Below, one piece after another: positions 62,366 to 64,000 of a DNA stretch of 64,000 nt. The translations under genes and the position numbers were made by a program. The notes under the pieces were generated by a model. The model had not been told where the DNA came from and made no database searches. It saw nothing but the letters and a program-made list of their open reading frames with translations. The stretch comes from Dicyema japonicum (lineage: Eukaryota; Animalia; Dicyemida), in assembly GCA_011109175.1 (NCBI GenBank), contig RDEW01000035.1, positions 263,564 to 327,563 on the forward strand. Reading direction: 5' to 3'. Positions within the stretch are counted from its first letter, which is position 1, and each line of letters opens with the position of its first letter.

Positions 62366-62454
62366 TAATGAAAGAAACAATAGTTGTTGTTATTTTAAAT
62401 TATATTTAGGAGGACTAATTGCATCCTATAAAATTGCAATGATTATTCCAAAAA

Positions 62455-63016
62455 TGAGAGTTCCCAAGAGGAATTAATTATGTTAAAAATTCAATCCAGA
62501 ATTAAAGCTATATTATAATGATTCACAATCACCTGTTATTTTTTTGGCAAAATATGAAAATAAAAGAGAGTTATCCAAAATTGTGGACAGAAATAGCACA
62601 ATTGCTACTCTATTTTCCGACATCATACTGTGTTGAATGCGGATTTAGCATTCTACATCGAATTGTAAATAAAGAACGAAACAGATTGGATGTGTCCATT
62701 AGAGGAGATATTCGTTTAAAAATAACACAAATAGTGCCAAATACCGAATCTTTGGTGAAAAAACATCAGTCACAGGGATCCCATTGGTATTTAATTTTTT
62801 TTATTATAGATTTATGCTAAGATACTAACTTAACATCGAGTATATACTTTTTTTGTTTGATTTGATTTTTAACAATGAATTCATTTTAGATTGTTAACTA
62901 ATTTTAATTAGAATTGTCTATTCTAAATAAAAAAGCTTTAAGGGGTCGATTAAATATTAGGGGGGTCGAAAAAAAAGTCAAGGGGTCGACGAGTAAAAAA
63001 AGGTTGAGAACCCCTG
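62455..63016 (+). mobile_element. Buster hAT 3' end, second copy
   Basis: Closely matches 40150-40704; TIR AGGTTGAGAACCCCTG followed by CTGTAGAC (central TA). Confidence 0.9.
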
Positions 63017-63506
63017 CTGTAGACCATTGTCTTCGAGAAGATAAATCTCCATTCAACGGAGGTATACTCAACGGCTGGCGAGATTGTTGGTTGGTAGAGA
63101 ATAGAAACAGTAAAGTCCATAGAATTTATGATTAAGTGAGTAAGATTTTTATAATTAAAAAAATATGCAAAGATTTTAGTAATTTANACATCTTAAAAAT
63201 TTAATTTTTTTATTTTTTAATGTGTGCCGTGGATTATTTTTTTTACGATTAGTGTGCCGCGAGAATTATTTTTTGAAAAGCTCTGCTGTATACCATTGTC
63301 TTCGAGAAGATAAATCTCTATGCAACGGAGGTATACTCAACGGCTGGCGAGATTGTTGGTTGGTAGAGAATAGAAACAGAAAAGTCCATAGAATTTATGA
63401 TTAAGTGAGTAAGATTTTTATAATTAAAAAAATATGCAAAGATTTTAGTAATTTAAATAAAAATAAAAATTTAATATAAATAGACTAAGATGTACAAAAA
63501 ACTTGG

Positions 63507-63600
63507 CCGCGTGCTGCCATGTGGCCCTATGTGGATAGTGGGTCAAAATTTTATTATTCTTCTTCCCGATGGAGTCATTGGTTCCACCTTACTGATGAGC
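63507..63600 (+). mobile_element. SINE family 2-like head fragment
   Basis: GGCCGCGTGCTGCCATGTGG aligns with the head of the 53.4 kb copy. Confidence 0.35.
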
Positions 63601-64000
63601 CGCCCAAGGTCTTTGGAATAAATTTAATTTAATAAAAAACATTTTTGAAGAAAAACACTATTTTGAAAATGTTTTTGTTAGAGATTTAAGTAATNCGCCC
63701 AAGGTCTTTGGAATAAATTTAATTTAATAAAAAACATTTTTGAAAAAAAACACTATTTTTAAAATGTTTTTTTTAGAGATTTAAGTAATCATTTGCGATA
63801 ATTTATAGAGCTACATAAACAACTCAAAGAGCAATGGTGGCCGACCCCTGTCCTATAGGACTCAAGAATTTTGGCGTCTGAACCTCGCCTAAAGACTTCG
63901 TTCAAGATCTGCCTGCAGGAGAGAGTGTCAATCTGGTCTCCGCATCAGCATGGGTCAGCACACAGACTTTTAATCCGAGTCGTAATGAGATCCCAATACT

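Noticed and set aside
63593-63620. CTGATGAGCCGCCCAAGG hammerhead candidate
   Set aside because: No following GAAA or stem III; it lies in an N-junction duplicate region.
1-64000. Most 60-120 aa ORFs in the supplied track as genes
   Set aside because: They are antisense or off-frame shadows of TE remnants and pseudogenes (e.g. 47388-47585 is antisense to beta-tubulin) or lack any motif.

Overview
AT-rich eukaryotic DNA, not prokaryotic: no operons, CRISPR array or rRNA were seen. Most of the window is decayed, nested transposable elements: RTE-clade LINEs (about 12 fragments), CRE-like RLE retrotransposons (8), R4-like RLE retrotransposons (4), APE-type LINEs of the I/Ingi/Jockey group, two tRNA-headed SINE families, Buster and CGGBP1-type hATs, pogo/Tigger, Merlin and a Ginger-like integrase. 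The main hidden signal, missed by the ORF track, is a class of 20-29 nt GT-AG introns. Removing them by hand rebuilds one intact 125-aa type I membrane protein gene (3373-3847) and a duplicated coiled-coil gene, and repairs conserved motifs in two DNA-transposon genes. Other points of note are a 2A-like NPG motif ahead of a LINE endonuclease, VPS15 and beta-tubulin pseudogene fragments, and single-N junctions flanked by diverged duplicates that look like assembly or haplotype artefacts. All family assignments come from motif recognition by eye, with no database search; element boundaries without TIR/TSD support are approximate.
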